Of a DNA stretch of 60,242 nucleotides, positions 17,601-27,800 are shown in pieces. Source of the DNA: a virus (lineage: Duplodnaviria; Caudoviricetes). Within the stretch, counting starts at the first letter, position 1; every line of letters begins with the position of its first letter. The stretch lies in IMG/VR virus record IMGVR_UViG_3300025127_000033, positions 1 to 60,242 of that record; one strand, written 5' to 3'. The notes under the pieces are model-generated. The model searched no databases. It worked only from the letters and a program-made list of their open reading frames with translations, and was not told the origin of the DNA. The position numbers and the translations under genes were made by a program.

Positions 17601-20488
17601 CAGAATCTATGAAGGCTAGCGACAGGCAGGTTGCACATAAGATTGTTTTAGGAGAAAGAGTTTCTTCTGTATCTGAAACGGAATACAAGGAGGAGGATAG
17701 GTTTGCTTCGCTCACATTCAGTGATATTTTTGTTCAAGAGACAAATCTTAATAGACTAAATGAATTCAACCTTGGAGTGGGCAACTTTCAAGATCTTGAC
17801 AGGGTGTTTGGTGAAACTATGGTTTTGTCTGACATTGGAAACGACCTCTTGGTTTTACAAGAGGACAGGGTGTCTCACGTCGTAGTAGATAAAACGCTAG
17901 TAACAACATCTTCAGGTAATGTGGTATTAACTGCCGAGGGGGACAAGTTCTTGGGAACTCAAGTGGCTAGGGTTGAGGAGCATGGGATAAGCAGAAACGC
18001 AGAAAGCTTTTCAAGGCATGGATCTGATTATTTCTTTACTGATGCCAAGAGGGGTGCTGTAATACGATTAAATGGAACTACTTCAAACAATCTCCAAATG
18101 GTCGTTATATCAGATGCAGGACTTCGGTCTTACTTTAGAGATAAACTCAAGGCAAACATAAACACGCAACATATTGGAGGTTTTGATGAGCATTCAGATG
18201 AGTATGTATTGGCGGGAACTGATGTGGCTTTGCCTGAAAGAACCGTGATAGAACCTTGCGATATAATCGTAACTAGAAAACTAGAGGCCGTGAACAGCAC
18301 GTCTGCTACAACTAGAAAGACAGAGGTTGACTTTGGAGACACTGTTGGGGATATAGCAATTACCATAGAGGTGGATGATATTGCTCAATTTGTTTCCGAG
18401 GGGTCATCAACCAACAACCCAACAATAAAGAAAACGGGAACAGCAACAGGCACAGCTACAAACAAATTGATAGATTCAGGAGGTTTTGGTGGTGTATTGG
18501 TTAATGACCAGGTTAGAATAGACGGAAACATAGCAACAGTGTCTAACCTAGATTCCGACACTCAACTTACGATAAGTTCAGACATTGCATCAACCGGGAA
18601 AAGATATGAGATTTATGCTTTTGCTGAGGGAAGGAAACTCATAGACACTAACGCCACCTTTGTAACGGATGGTGTTGCCACCAATGATGTTATTGTAAAC
18701 AAAACAACGGGAGCTACTGGAAGTGTAAAGTCTATTAACTCTGAAACAGAGATTGTACAAAATGGGGGCGGGGTTGTTTCATTGGCTGACGGATATACAA
18801 TTAAGAGAACCTCTGCGGGTAACATAACGCCAACTATTACTTGGGATGGCTCTACTAGAGGTGGTAGCGGCTCTGCTATAAACAGTGATACAACCTTCAA
18901 CTTTACGAAGAGTAAGTCTAAGCCAAACAACGTTACGATTGACATATCTTATCCTCAGGCTGTGATGGGTGAGTTTATAATTAAAGCTCCTTGTCCAGAT
19001 CCAACACTATTGAATGTGGTGTATGTTGTTCTTAACAGCAATGAAAGTGATGGACAACAAGTGGGGTATGCATTTTCAAGAATAGAAAGCGGAGGGTACT
19101 CAGACTTAGAAGGGGGGCAGTTTGTTTTAGGAACAGGAACAGACGCTACTGTCGTGAGTAGTTTTATTCAGAAGGCAGGATTGCCTGGAGAGGGGATTAT
19201 ACCCGTCAGTGGCGATACGGTAAGAATGGCTGCGTTTAATAATGGGTCATTTGTTTTAGATGATATGACTGCTGCTGACCCTGTCCATAGGTTTAGAATA
19301 CTCGAGACATCCGTGCAGTATACGGCATCTCAAATTCAAACAATACTAGCTGACTCTGAACTGAAGCCACCATTGTCTGTTTCCGCAAACAGCGCAGGTA
19401 ATGGATACTTTGCTGACTTTAATTATGTAAGAGAGAGCGGAGAAAACTACTTGTATCTAATATGGGATTTAAGGAATGTAAACAGGCCAGCTGATTTTAA
19501 TGTGGTTTCTCCTGTAAGTTCATTTGATGACAACCTAAATACCGTGTGTTGCAATACAGGTAGCACACAGCTATATATTGATGCGGATGATCCATTGAAG
19601 GTTAAGGGAGTGTTTACGGATAGGGACTTGGCGAACATTGCAAACGACGGCCTGTACAGTAGAGGTAATGGAGTGGCTTATCACATTAATGGTGGTGGAT
19701 TGTCTGAAATAGTTGACTGCCCTGTTTGTGCTACCGCTTGCGCTACGTCGGCATCTACTCCATTTGTGCCAGCTCAAGTATTTTCAAACCAAGAGTTGTA
19801 CAGGTTCCCTGTTGAACTTGGAAGTGGAACGGGTGCTGTTACCATAAGAATAAAACCTAATGTTGATTTGTCTGGAGCTTTGTCGGCTACGGATCACGCA
19901 GGTATGTTGATAGCTAGTTTAGGAACAAGCACATTTAACTCGTACACTTCATCCGTGGATGGGTTTGTTGAAAAGTTTTGGTCTCATAGCGGCAAGATTG
20001 CTCCACTACCTTCTTCGGGTTCTGCTTCAGTTCCGTTTACGGTTATAGACTATAACGGGTCTTCATATACTAACGATGGTGTTCAGAATGTGTCAATAGA
20101 TACATCAGAAGTAACTGCTGCTACAAATGTGGCCGAGTATGTAATGATTGTTCCCAAGACATCAGCATCTCCATCTAGGTTGTTGCTAAACTTCTTCTGC
20201 GTCAAGGCAACTCTGTTCCAAATAACAGCAAGCTGCGCTGCTGCACTTCCATCGTTTACAGGATTCTTTAATGCATCAAGTTCTGTTACAGCATGTGCGG
20301 GAACGCCTGGGACGACATACTACCACTCAACATTTAGCGGTGGGTCTGGAGGTACACCTGTGCTACACGATATTATATTTACTAATTCTAATGGCTCAAC
20401 AAGAGCGTCAGCAGGTTTCTACAAGGTAGGTACTGATGTACTGACTGTTGATTCTAATGGAGTCGTAACAAATAAATCATCATGCTAA
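14612..20488 (+). CDS. Tail nozzle/stabilisation protein (P22 gp10/crAss muzzle-like) with long C-terminal accessory domains
   Basis: Starts F.AGKMNK..DER.VP..QY.DAMN; propeller-like motifs LLFFTDDFNPPRRIN, HGISRNAESF, YFFTDAKRGAV; 1958 aa. Confidence 0.75.
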   Translation: MRERREFTAGKMNKGSDERIVPASQYTDAMNVRVNSSGDSGELGAVQNVEGSRRLTELEFAGTRLSFDTVCLGAFADDANETIYWFVHDPGGTNNTGATTTPMDMIVSYNMNTEQLLYHAISVSVLNFSASHLINGVSKIGDLLFFTDDFNPPRRINVTRNYPFPSGGTLADNVTEDDFSVIQKPPSSAPTINMLKTGTDENFIEDKFIAFAYRFRYRDGEYSALSQFSEVAFEGNKFDFDRGSYDNEGMLNRFNSVEVTFNTGDKRVTDIQLCYKISDTNVVNVIQNYDKAEFGLPDNIDHTITFDNSKIYTALPQSQLLRLFDNVPRFAKAQTIIGGRLVYGNYVDGFNLLDSDGAKVKMTYTAERRELPIVTTVNETGSEITLSNLNYNISGGSVTVDNAQATVDFSSQPLTQGSIFSLVFNFSREASSTYVATSSEPSTFSFEMFYELTKDYSSVYDLFNSAEFKLALGFDITSQGYTNITNIDTSKSVTDNNFCNTTDNFTEQYMCAYESTRSRTGMSIVANGIEAIGTSISSLVETRQIQVTPTLGSNDVTFKFPAFKLNHSSLDFFEYFTIATMDYSAFEADSGKKSLHSNRDYTVGIAYMDEYNRSSTVLTSQNNDFFVSPSNSNERNAARVRIPVTQKPPTWASKYKFFMKSSSGDHETIYSDIVYLDDTNGTAYFRLEGDNQNKMKEGDRLIVKSDSAGALDNLVECTVLGVESFEENGLPVSVNTPAGLYMSIKPDGDFDVSSAETSVINIEPKPNGVQTKNNKQDPLRFKLFTSGGNDIPITTGSIISMKIKHHREGSSDNCKGFFDEYIMDEFVAQSDYANFKEFFDGHLGGISFENLKVSSGEIALNTRYDPSIGDSFFQSGTNNIFGSDPNGEHEFQFIRQSNGGLELHTRAGRKGCTSGKKAKSKGVITIISSNGTFIFETKPIEINDDIYFEGNQTFDIGVDGTGKRIHKGNTQDQNTATSADAICDLNFFNCIMFPNGAESMKASDRQVAHKIVLGERVSSVSETEYKEEDRFASLTFSDIFVQETNLNRLNEFNLGVGNFQDLDRVFGETMVLSDIGNDLLVLQEDRVSHVVVDKTLVTTSSGNVVLTAEGDKFLGTQVARVEEHGISRNAESFSRHGSDYFFTDAKRGAVIRLNGTTSNNLQMVVISDAGLRSYFRDKLKANINTQHIGGFDEHSDEYVLAGTDVALPERTVIEPCDIIVTRKLEAVNSTSATTRKTEVDFGDTVGDIAITIEVDDIAQFVSEGSSTNNPTIKKTGTATGTATNKLIDSGGFGGVLVNDQVRIDGNIATVSNLDSDTQLTISSDIASTGKRYEIYAFAEGRKLIDTNATFVTDGVATNDVIVNKTTGATGSVKSINSETEIVQNGGGVVSLADGYTIKRTSAGNITPTITWDGSTRGGSGSAINSDTTFNFTKSKSKPNNVTIDISYPQAVMGEFIIKAPCPDPTLLNVVYVVLNSNESDGQQVGYAFSRIESGGYSDLEGGQFVLGTGTDATVVSSFIQKAGLPGEGIIPVSGDTVRMAAFNNGSFVLDDMTAADPVHRFRILETSVQYTASQIQTILADSELKPPLSVSANSAGNGYFADFNYVRESGENYLYLIWDLRNVNRPADFNVVSPVSSFDDNLNTVCCNTGSTQLYIDADDPLKVKGVFTDRDLANIANDGLYSRGNGVAYHINGGGLSEIVDCPVCATACATSASTPFVPAQVFSNQELYRFPVELGSGTGAVTIRIKPNVDLSGALSATDHAGMLIASLGTSTFNSYTSSVDGFVEKFWSHSGKIAPLPSSGSASVPFTVIDYNGSSYTNDGVQNVSIDTSEVTAATNVAEYVMIVPKTSASPSRLLLNFFCVKATLFQITASCAAALPSFTGFFNASSSVTACAGTPGTTYYHSTFSGGSGGTPVLHDIIFTNSNGSTRASAGFYKVGTDVLTVDSNGVVTNKSSC

Positions 20489-21360
20489 TAAGAAAAGGAG
20501 ACAAAGGAGAAGAAGTAAGACAGATTCAGAGAGAGCTCGATATCGAGGCTGATGGCATTTTTGGCCCTGTAACTGAGTCTGCTGTGATGAGGTTTCAGGT
20601 TGAAGAACATTTAGATGTAGATGGCATAGTAGGGCCTAAGACTTGGGCCGCTTTATTTGGATTGACCACAGACATTCAAGAGTCACTAGACAGTCAACAC
20701 GGAATTGTTATTAACCATCACATACTACCAAAGGGTCAATACCTTAAAGGACCAACTAAAAAAGAATGGCTGTTCTTACACCACACAGCAGGATGGCATA
20801 ACCCATATCGCACTATTGACCATTGGGGCAGAGACAGCAGGGGCAGAATCGCAACCGAGTTTGTTTTAGGCGGGCCATCTATATTTAACGATGATTCGCA
20901 ATACGATGGTGAGATTGTAAAGTGTATTCCTGATGGGGGATATGCTTGGCATTTAGGAAGGAACGGATTCCAAGAGATGCATACAAATAGTGTGGGCATA
21001 GAGGTGTGCAACTTTGGATACCTAAAAGATGGGAAGACTTATGCCGGTCACACTGTGCATCCAGATCATTGCGTTGAGCTAGCAAAAGAGTTTAAGGGGT
21101 ATAAAAATTGGCACAGATACTCTGACGTTCAGATTGAGTCTTTGCGTAAGCTAATATTGTTTATTGCAGACAGAGACAACATAGATGTCAGAGAGGGCCT
21201 CCCTGCCCTTATAAAAGAAAAAGGAGCTGATGCCTTCGAATGGAACGAGAAAGCCTACTACGGGCAAGTTAGGGGCCTTCTATCGCATTCTAACACCAAT
21301 AAGGGTAAGAGTGATATGTTCCCACAGGAAGAATTATTAACCATGCTAACAGAACTATAA
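20482..21360 (+). CDS. Endolysin: peptidoglycan-binding domain plus N-acetylmuramoyl-L-alanine amidase (Amidase_2-like)
   Basis: DGIFGPVTESAV..FQ...L.VDGIVGPKTW (PG-binding); LHHTAG, AWH, SVGIEVCN, LLSH...KSD (zinc amidase). Confidence 0.92.
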   Translation: MLIRKGDKGEEVRQIQRELDIEADGIFGPVTESAVMRFQVEEHLDVDGIVGPKTWAALFGLTTDIQESLDSQHGIVINHHILPKGQYLKGPTKKEWLFLHHTAGWHNPYRTIDHWGRDSRGRIATEFVLGGPSIFNDDSQYDGEIVKCIPDGGYAWHLGRNGFQEMHTNSVGIEVCNFGYLKDGKTYAGHTVHPDHCVELAKEFKGYKNWHRYSDVQIESLRKLILFIADRDNIDVREGLPALIKEKGADAFEWNEKAYYGQVRGLLSHSNTNKGKSDMFPQEELLTMLTEL

Positions 21361-22205
21361 TGGCGTACACAGTAACATATAGCCCTAGTTTACCAGAGAG
21401 AGGGGGATGGCCTTCATTTTATGGATACAATCCTGAATTTATGATTGGGATGAATAGCGACTTCTTTACGTTCAAGAATGGCAACATTAACATACACAAC
21501 CAAAAGGCAAGCCTAAGGTCTACGTTTTACTTAGAGGAAAGCATTGATGGTGACACAAGCATTACTCCATTTACTACGCCATATGTAGAAACCGTGTTTA
21601 ATGAAAAGCCACTAGAAACAGATGTTTACAAAGCCTTAAGAGTTAGTGCCACCGTTCCTATTGGAGGAAACCTAGCGGCAACTACAACTACTGATCTTCA
21701 CAATGGTACTGTGGGGTCTGACCAGTTTGAAAAGAAAGAAAACTCATTCTACTCATACATAAGACAGCCCATAACAGACACTCAAGTGGATATGCGGTTT
21801 GCTCAAGGGATAGGTGTTTGTAATGCCAATACTGTAGCAAATAGTATACAATTTGACTTGGCGAGTATAAATAGTATGGTTGGGATAGGAGACAGAATAT
21901 TAACCTCTGGAACACTAACTGACCTTAACAATGATGGCAACGCTGTTGAAACGCCAAACCAAACTCCCACGTTCTTGGGAACTGTTACTGCGATTACACA
22001 ATCAGGCACGACTACCACCATAACAACAATTGGAGGTTCAGCGGCATCTAGTGGTAATTTTATATACTCTGTTCCAGATCCTGCAACAGATGACGAGTCT
22101 CACGGCATAACAGGTCACTATATGGTTACTAAAATAGACATGAACTCTCAAGCACTTATTGAGCTATACGCTGTAGAAGCAGACAAAATGAAAAGTAATC
22201 CGTAA
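21360..22205 (+). CDS. Tail protein resembling the C-terminal part of nozzle/stabilisation proteins
   Basis: GWPSFYGYNPEFMIG, ETVFNEKP, FEKKENSFYSYI, GITGHYM motifs. Confidence 0.6.
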   Translation: MAYTVTYSPSLPERGGWPSFYGYNPEFMIGMNSDFFTFKNGNINIHNQKASLRSTFYLEESIDGDTSITPFTTPYVETVFNEKPLETDVYKALRVSATVPIGGNLAATTTTDLHNGTVGSDQFEKKENSFYSYIRQPITDTQVDMRFAQGIGVCNANTVANSIQFDLASINSMVGIGDRILTSGTLTDLNNDGNAVETPNQTPTFLGTVTAITQSGTTTTITTIGGSAASSGNFIYSVPDPATDDESHGITGHYMVTKIDMNSQALIELYAVEADKMKSNP

Positions 22206-22215
22206 CTTAGCGGGT

Positions 22216-22593
22216 ATGGATATTCGACTCGTTAATGACTCCGATTACGAAATGTTGTGTGATTGGTGGGAAGGTTGGGGTTGGACACCACCTCCAAAAG
22301 ATTTTTTACCCACTATAGGGGTCGTGGTGGAGGAGGTTGCAGCGGGTTTTCTTTATGTGACTAACTCCAAGGTTTCTTGGGTTGATTGGATTATATCCGA
22401 CAAAAATTATAGAGGCGAAGATAGGGATGATATAATAAACGTAGTGTTAGCGTCTTTAGAAGAAATATCAAAAGATTACGACGCTAAGTTTTTATATGCC
22501 CTAATAAAGCACAAAAAACTAATGGAAAAGTATGAATCGATGGGGTATGTGAAGGGGGATTCAGACGCAGTGGAAATGATAAAAAGTATATAA
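22216..22593 (+). CDS. GNAT-fold-like virion assembly protein (T7 gp13/P22 gp14-like position)
   Basis: MDIRLV..SDY..L..WW, VAAGFLY, KYESMGY; precedes the ejection proteins. Confidence 0.55.
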   Translation: MDIRLVNDSDYEMLCDWWEGWGWTPPPKDFLPTIGVVVEEVAAGFLYVTNSKVSWVDWIISDKNYRGEDRDDIINVVLASLEEISKDYDAKFLYALIKHKKLMEKYESMGYVKGDSDAVEMIKSI

Positions 22594-22594
22594 T

Positions 22595-23347
22595 ATGCCA
22601 GGATTTACAGCAGTAGCAACAGGAATTAGTATGGCGGCAGCCTTAGGACAAGGCGCAGGAAGCGCAGCTCAGGCAGCTAAATTTAAGAAAGATCAAAAAA
22701 GAGCTGAAAGAGCCGCCGCCGCCGCAATGGCTCAAGCTAGACAAGCACTAACAAGAAATGTTCAGGAAGAACAAAGAGTCAGGACAATGGCATTTGATAC
22801 TGCTTTGCGAAGACAACAAAGCCAAACCGCACAGGCTATCGATGCACTTCAAGCATCAGGAACAAGAGGTGTGTTAGGTGGTTTACAAGCTGTTCAAGCT
22901 CAGGCCACGGAGGCTGATTTAGGAATATTAGCCGGCATGGAGGCAAGAGAGGATGCTAGAGAGCAGGCCATATTAACTCAAGAACAAGCCAATATACAAT
23001 CAGGAATAGAACTTGATAAAGCAGAGGCTCAAGGAGCAGCGGCAGCAGCAGCAGCGGCTGAATCGGCAAGGGCAAAAGCAATTAGTTCTGCTGTTCAAGG
23101 ATTTGGAGCAGCGGCAGTTAAAGCCACAGACTTTGCTGCCTTATACGACACCACGGCATCGGAAAGGCTTGGAGCGGAGGTCTTTTCTATGGGAGACGAG
23201 AGTATGTTTGCCACACTATTGGGAGATAGTTATTCTGAAGACATGACTGATAATCAGTTGAAGGACGCTCTTATGGGGCTACCGGCAGGAACGTTGAGAT
23301 CAGAACTTCGTAATAGAAGAAGAACAAATACATTATTAAACAGATAA
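22595..23347 (+). CDS. Putative internal virion/ejection protein 1
   Basis: A/Q/G-rich helical protein with a glycine-rich hydrophobic N-terminus; first of three genes of increasing size. Confidence 0.65.
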   Translation: MPGFTAVATGISMAAALGQGAGSAAQAAKFKKDQKRAERAAAAAMAQARQALTRNVQEEQRVRTMAFDTALRRQQSQTAQAIDALQASGTRGVLGGLQAVQAQATEADLGILAGMEAREDAREQAILTQEQANIQSGIELDKAEAQGAAAAAAAAESARAKAISSAVQGFGAAAVKATDFAALYDTTASERLGAEVFSMGDESMFATLLGDSYSEDMTDNQLKDALMGLPAGTLRSELRNRRRTNTLLNR

Positions 23348-23358
23348 ATTATTAGATA

Positions 23359-24888
23359 ATGGCTAAAAGTTATTTCGGATTTGAACAACTTACTGGGTAC
23401 TCCCCTGTTATAGACTTTCAAACAGTACGTGAAGGAATTGATAAAGAACTCACGGAAATAGGCAAGGAAAGGGAGGAGAAGAAAAGGGTAATTGAAGAGA
23501 ACACCAAGGCCGCAATGGACGCTATTAATGAGGACAAGGGCACAGGTGAGTTAACAGATTTAAACAGAAGTCTTCATAATGTTGCAGATCAAATAAAGGA
23601 TCAAATTTTAGTTCAATATGATTTAATGAGAACCGGCAAAGTAAGGCCGTCTGCATTCAATAAGTTTGTGGAGGGAAGTAAAGCCTCTATAAGCAACATA
23701 AGGACAATGTCTGAGTCATATCAGCAAAGAGCACTTGATATACAAAAGCCTGGAGTAGCTGCATTAGAAGTTCATCTAGCTCAAGATGTTTTAGATTTAA
23801 ACTTTTTCTCGGAAAACGCATTCTTTTCAAACCCATCGACAGGCGACATATACTTAGCAGCCATTAATGAAGATGGAAGCATAAAACTTGATGAAAAGGG
23901 CAATATAGTCAATAAGAAGTCTCCTTATTATATGCAAAGCACAAGGCAAACTACTCTTATGGAAACAGACTTCGATAGCGAGGTAAATGAAATAGTTCAG
24001 CAATATGGTATTGATGCGACTACTGCTCCAGGAGAAGTTAGTGGACTTGTTGATGCGGCATACAAAGATATACAGACTAGGGTACATGCTTTAGATAACC
24101 TAGAGGTGGGAGACTTGCTGTCTCAGATGTTACCTGATAGCAGATTTTCTTATACCGATAGTAAAGAGGAAGCACAGCAGTCTGTTCAACAATGGAGCGA
24201 TTTAAACAGCAGATATTCGGAACAATATTTAATTGTTCAAAATGAAGACTCAACTGACGATGAAAAGGCGGCTGCTCAAAATCAAATGAGGATAATTAAA
24301 CAGGAAATGGACAATGTAAAGCTTTTTATGTATGCAGCGACTCCTGAGTCGGGCTCTCCTGGTATTATTGACATAGAGGTTGATGACGTTCACAGATTGA
24401 TAGCCCATGATGTTTATGAGACTATGTTCAGGTCTAAGATAGGCACTGCTACAAATGCAGAATTAGTTCAGCAAAGAGATCAGGGTAGAAGCGATGATCG
24501 AAACCTAGCAAACAACTATTATAGACAAATGAAGGATGCTTGGACAATGATAAATAGTGGTGATGCTCAACAAATTCAGTCTGGAGTTAGTAAAATGGTT
24601 TCTATATATAGAGGTTTGGGAACTAATGTTGTCACTGGAGCTGTGACAGCTAATGGCTATTTTGAACTTACAGATTCGGATGGTAAGCAATTTATTGCTG
24701 CCAATCTTAAGCAAGAAAATACGGCTATAAATGGATTTAACTCGCTCATAGTTGGACTAGGTGGAACTAGATTAGGAACTCACTTTAGTAATAAAACTAC
24801 TGACAGATCTCCGTTTTCTTTTGAGTGGTCAGCACCTCCAGCTGGTGTGGAGATAGGAACTACACAAGAAGCGGTTGTAACTAAATAA
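23359..24888 (+). CDS. Putative internal virion/ejection protein 2
   Basis: 509-aa helical protein between the small and the giant internal protein. Confidence 0.55.
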   Translation: MAKSYFGFEQLTGYSPVIDFQTVREGIDKELTEIGKEREEKKRVIEENTKAAMDAINEDKGTGELTDLNRSLHNVADQIKDQILVQYDLMRTGKVRPSAFNKFVEGSKASISNIRTMSESYQQRALDIQKPGVAALEVHLAQDVLDLNFFSENAFFSNPSTGDIYLAAINEDGSIKLDEKGNIVNKKSPYYMQSTRQTTLMETDFDSEVNEIVQQYGIDATTAPGEVSGLVDAAYKDIQTRVHALDNLEVGDLLSQMLPDSRFSYTDSKEEAQQSVQQWSDLNSRYSEQYLIVQNEDSTDDEKAAAQNQMRIIKQEMDNVKLFMYAATPESGSPGIIDIEVDDVHRLIAHDVYETMFRSKIGTATNAELVQQRDQGRSDDRNLANNYYRQMKDAWTMINSGDAQQIQSGVSKMVSIYRGLGTNVVTGAVTANGYFELTDSDGKQFIAANLKQENTAINGFNSLIVGLGGTRLGTHFSNKTTDRSPFSFEWSAPPAGVEIGTTQEAVVTK

Positions 24889-24891
24889 GAT

Positions 24892-27800
24892 ATGGCATTA
24901 ATATCGACAAAAGTAAAGGAGCTTCATACGTTTTTATATAACGCAGGGCTCACTGACCTAACAGAATCTGTTTTCAGAAAAGAATTTGAGGATGTTAGGT
25001 TTCAAGATGAGGTGTTTTTAAAAATGACATCCACTGACCCTCCCGCATATGTAGGCTCAAAGGAGCACTTTATTGCCAACTATGTTGTTACAAGTGAAGA
25101 CCGGTTGCCTGAAAAATTAAGTACGTCTCAAATATCTATTTACGATGATGATGGGGTTGAGCAGACTTTAAAAAGAAGGTCAGACAGAATTGCTCAGTCA
25201 AGGGATGTGACTAATGCCATTAATGGACTAAGAACCACGTTGTCAGACATGTCAACCAATAGTGCTTTTTCAGATAGAGCAAAAGAGGCAGCTAGTGGTT
25301 TAAGTATTACAGGATCAGGCGATTTATATAATATAGTAGATGCCAATGGAGCAACAATTTCTACGATAGATTATTCTGGGTTTACTTCATATAGTGAAAG
25401 ATCAAATATTCTAAATAATGCTTTGACAGATGTTTCAGACTACCTTCAGCAGTTTGATATAGATGCTTATAAAAATTTGATGGGTGGTAATGGTCTTAAT
25501 TATTCCTATGTAGGGCCTAACTCTAGAAGGGTTAGGCTTAAAAAGGCTGGAGACTTTGAACTTACTGAGCTCCCTCCTGCTCCAGCCAAAGGAACAAGAC
25601 TTTCAAAAGCTGGAGACTTTGAACTTACCACTGTATCAGACATTGTAGAAGAGCAGCAAGAACTAGAGGAAGAGGGAGGTAGTTTAGTTGCTGCGCCAAC
25701 GATGACCGGAGCCATAACCGCTGAAGACATTTCTCATTATAGCTCAAGGTTCGGCAATTTAGGTGCGAATGGATTTGAAAATATTCAGTTAGCAAAGGGT
25801 GAAGTTAGTTTTGAGTATGCAGACATTATGCTCAACAAGGGTGATTTTAGCCTAAATGAAAGAATAAAAGAAATAAATGAGGCTGGAGGCACTGAGATAA
25901 CAATAAATGGACAAGTATATAATATAGAAAGCGTTACACCAAAGGGAGAAGCAGGAGGTAATTTGTCATTGGTGCTTGTGGGTAAAACCAAACTAACAGA
26001 AAGAGAAGAGTCAAGGCTTACTACCATACAATCTGAACTAAAAGCAAGAGAGGTTGATCTTGAGTATTTTAGAAGCAATCCGGATCAAATTGATGTAGAC
26101 CAATTAAACTACCTAGAAGAACGATTTTCTGAACTAAAAGAAGAGGAAGATCAGTTATTAGATAAGTCTGAGGGGCAAAGCCAAACTATACAATTAACCC
26201 AACTAGGAGGTATTCAGCAATTTGCAATAGGGTCGGAAAGCATATCTCAGGGCGAAGGAGTAGCTGGTTCTGTTAATAGAGTTTTAGAGGGGAGTAGAGA
26301 AATAATTAACGACAGCACTCCTGAGGGAATTAGTGAATTTTCTCAAGAGGTTACAACTAAAGTTATCGAACAAGTTAATGCATTACCAGAAGATGCAGAG
26401 ATGACTATGACTCTTTATGAAAATGGAGAAACAGTTACAAGGAATGCAGAAAGCAAAGCGGAGTATTCAAACTACTTAATAAGTAGGTATTTTAATGAAG
26501 CGTATAAGGGCATAGAAAAAGTTGAAGAACTCAAAGATGTTGTTGCGTCGGTAGAAGCCGGAACATACATAAGAATAAACGGTAATGATTACGACATGGA
26601 CCCCTTTGACCAGCAATCATTCTTACTTGAGGACGCTGACTATATGCTTAGTGATTTACTTGTAGCACTAACAACTAGGGGTAAGGGCAGCGCAACTGGT
26701 ACGATATCAATGCTTTTTGCCCCCACAGATGTTCCAAAGTCAGATTTAAGAACCATAAGAGGCATAACTGACTACCGGGAATTGGAAACCTGGTATACAT
26801 TTAAAGGCGATAGCAAAGGCGAGGCTACTAATTATTATAATGATCGACAAGAAGAAATTGAAAAGTTTCAGAAAAACCTAGCCATTTATTACAACTACTA
26901 CGCTGACCTATATCAATTATCTATGCTTAATGGTGATGCTGCATCAGCAGCTAAAGCCAAACTATATGCCGATAATATAGAGGAAGTGTCTAACAATATG
27001 TTCAGCAGTGATAGGTTTAAATCTTACGTATTCGTTACAGACTACCTGGACTCTGAGAAAAAAAGAATAGAAAACTCAAGTTGGGCTACTAGAACTTTAT
27101 ACAACTCCGCAGCAACAGTTACAAATTCTGCATCAAATTTAGCTGAGAGTGTTATGAACCTTACTGCTGGCGCAGCAGGGATTGCTGGTGCTGGTGATTT
27201 CTCACAAAACCTGTACAATCTTAGTGAGGATATGGATCAGTTTTACAACACATATTCTGACTTCTCAAAAACATCTAAGTTTCAAGGAGCAGATATGGGT
27301 GGTGGTGATTATGTGGAGTATGAAGGTTACAGGGTTTATGTAGATGGAGATGGTAATCCTACAAAAGTATATACCGAGGACTTACAGCACGTTGGTCAAT
27401 TTGACAAGACACAGATTATTAATAAGATATTAGAGGATGCATCTTTTCAAGATCGAACTGTTAAATCATCAAATTGGTGGTCAGGCTCTAGTGCAACGGG
27501 ATATGTAGGTGCTGCAATGGGCTCAGTGTCTGACCTTTATTTTGCGGGTGCAGGTACAAAGTTGTTTATGGGTGCAGGTAGAATCGCTAATGTTGCGAGG
27601 CCACTGACATCAAAATTACCTAAAGCGTCTTTCCTAAGCACTAACAAAGCTATGATGGTGAAACAAAGGCTGACTCAAGCCACAGTGTTTACCGGCATGA
27701 TGTACAATGACATTAAGAATGAGGCAAGGGCTTCTGGGTTTACAGAAGAGGAGGCTAATAGATATTCTTGGGCTGTTAGTGGAAGTATAGGTGCTGTTAA

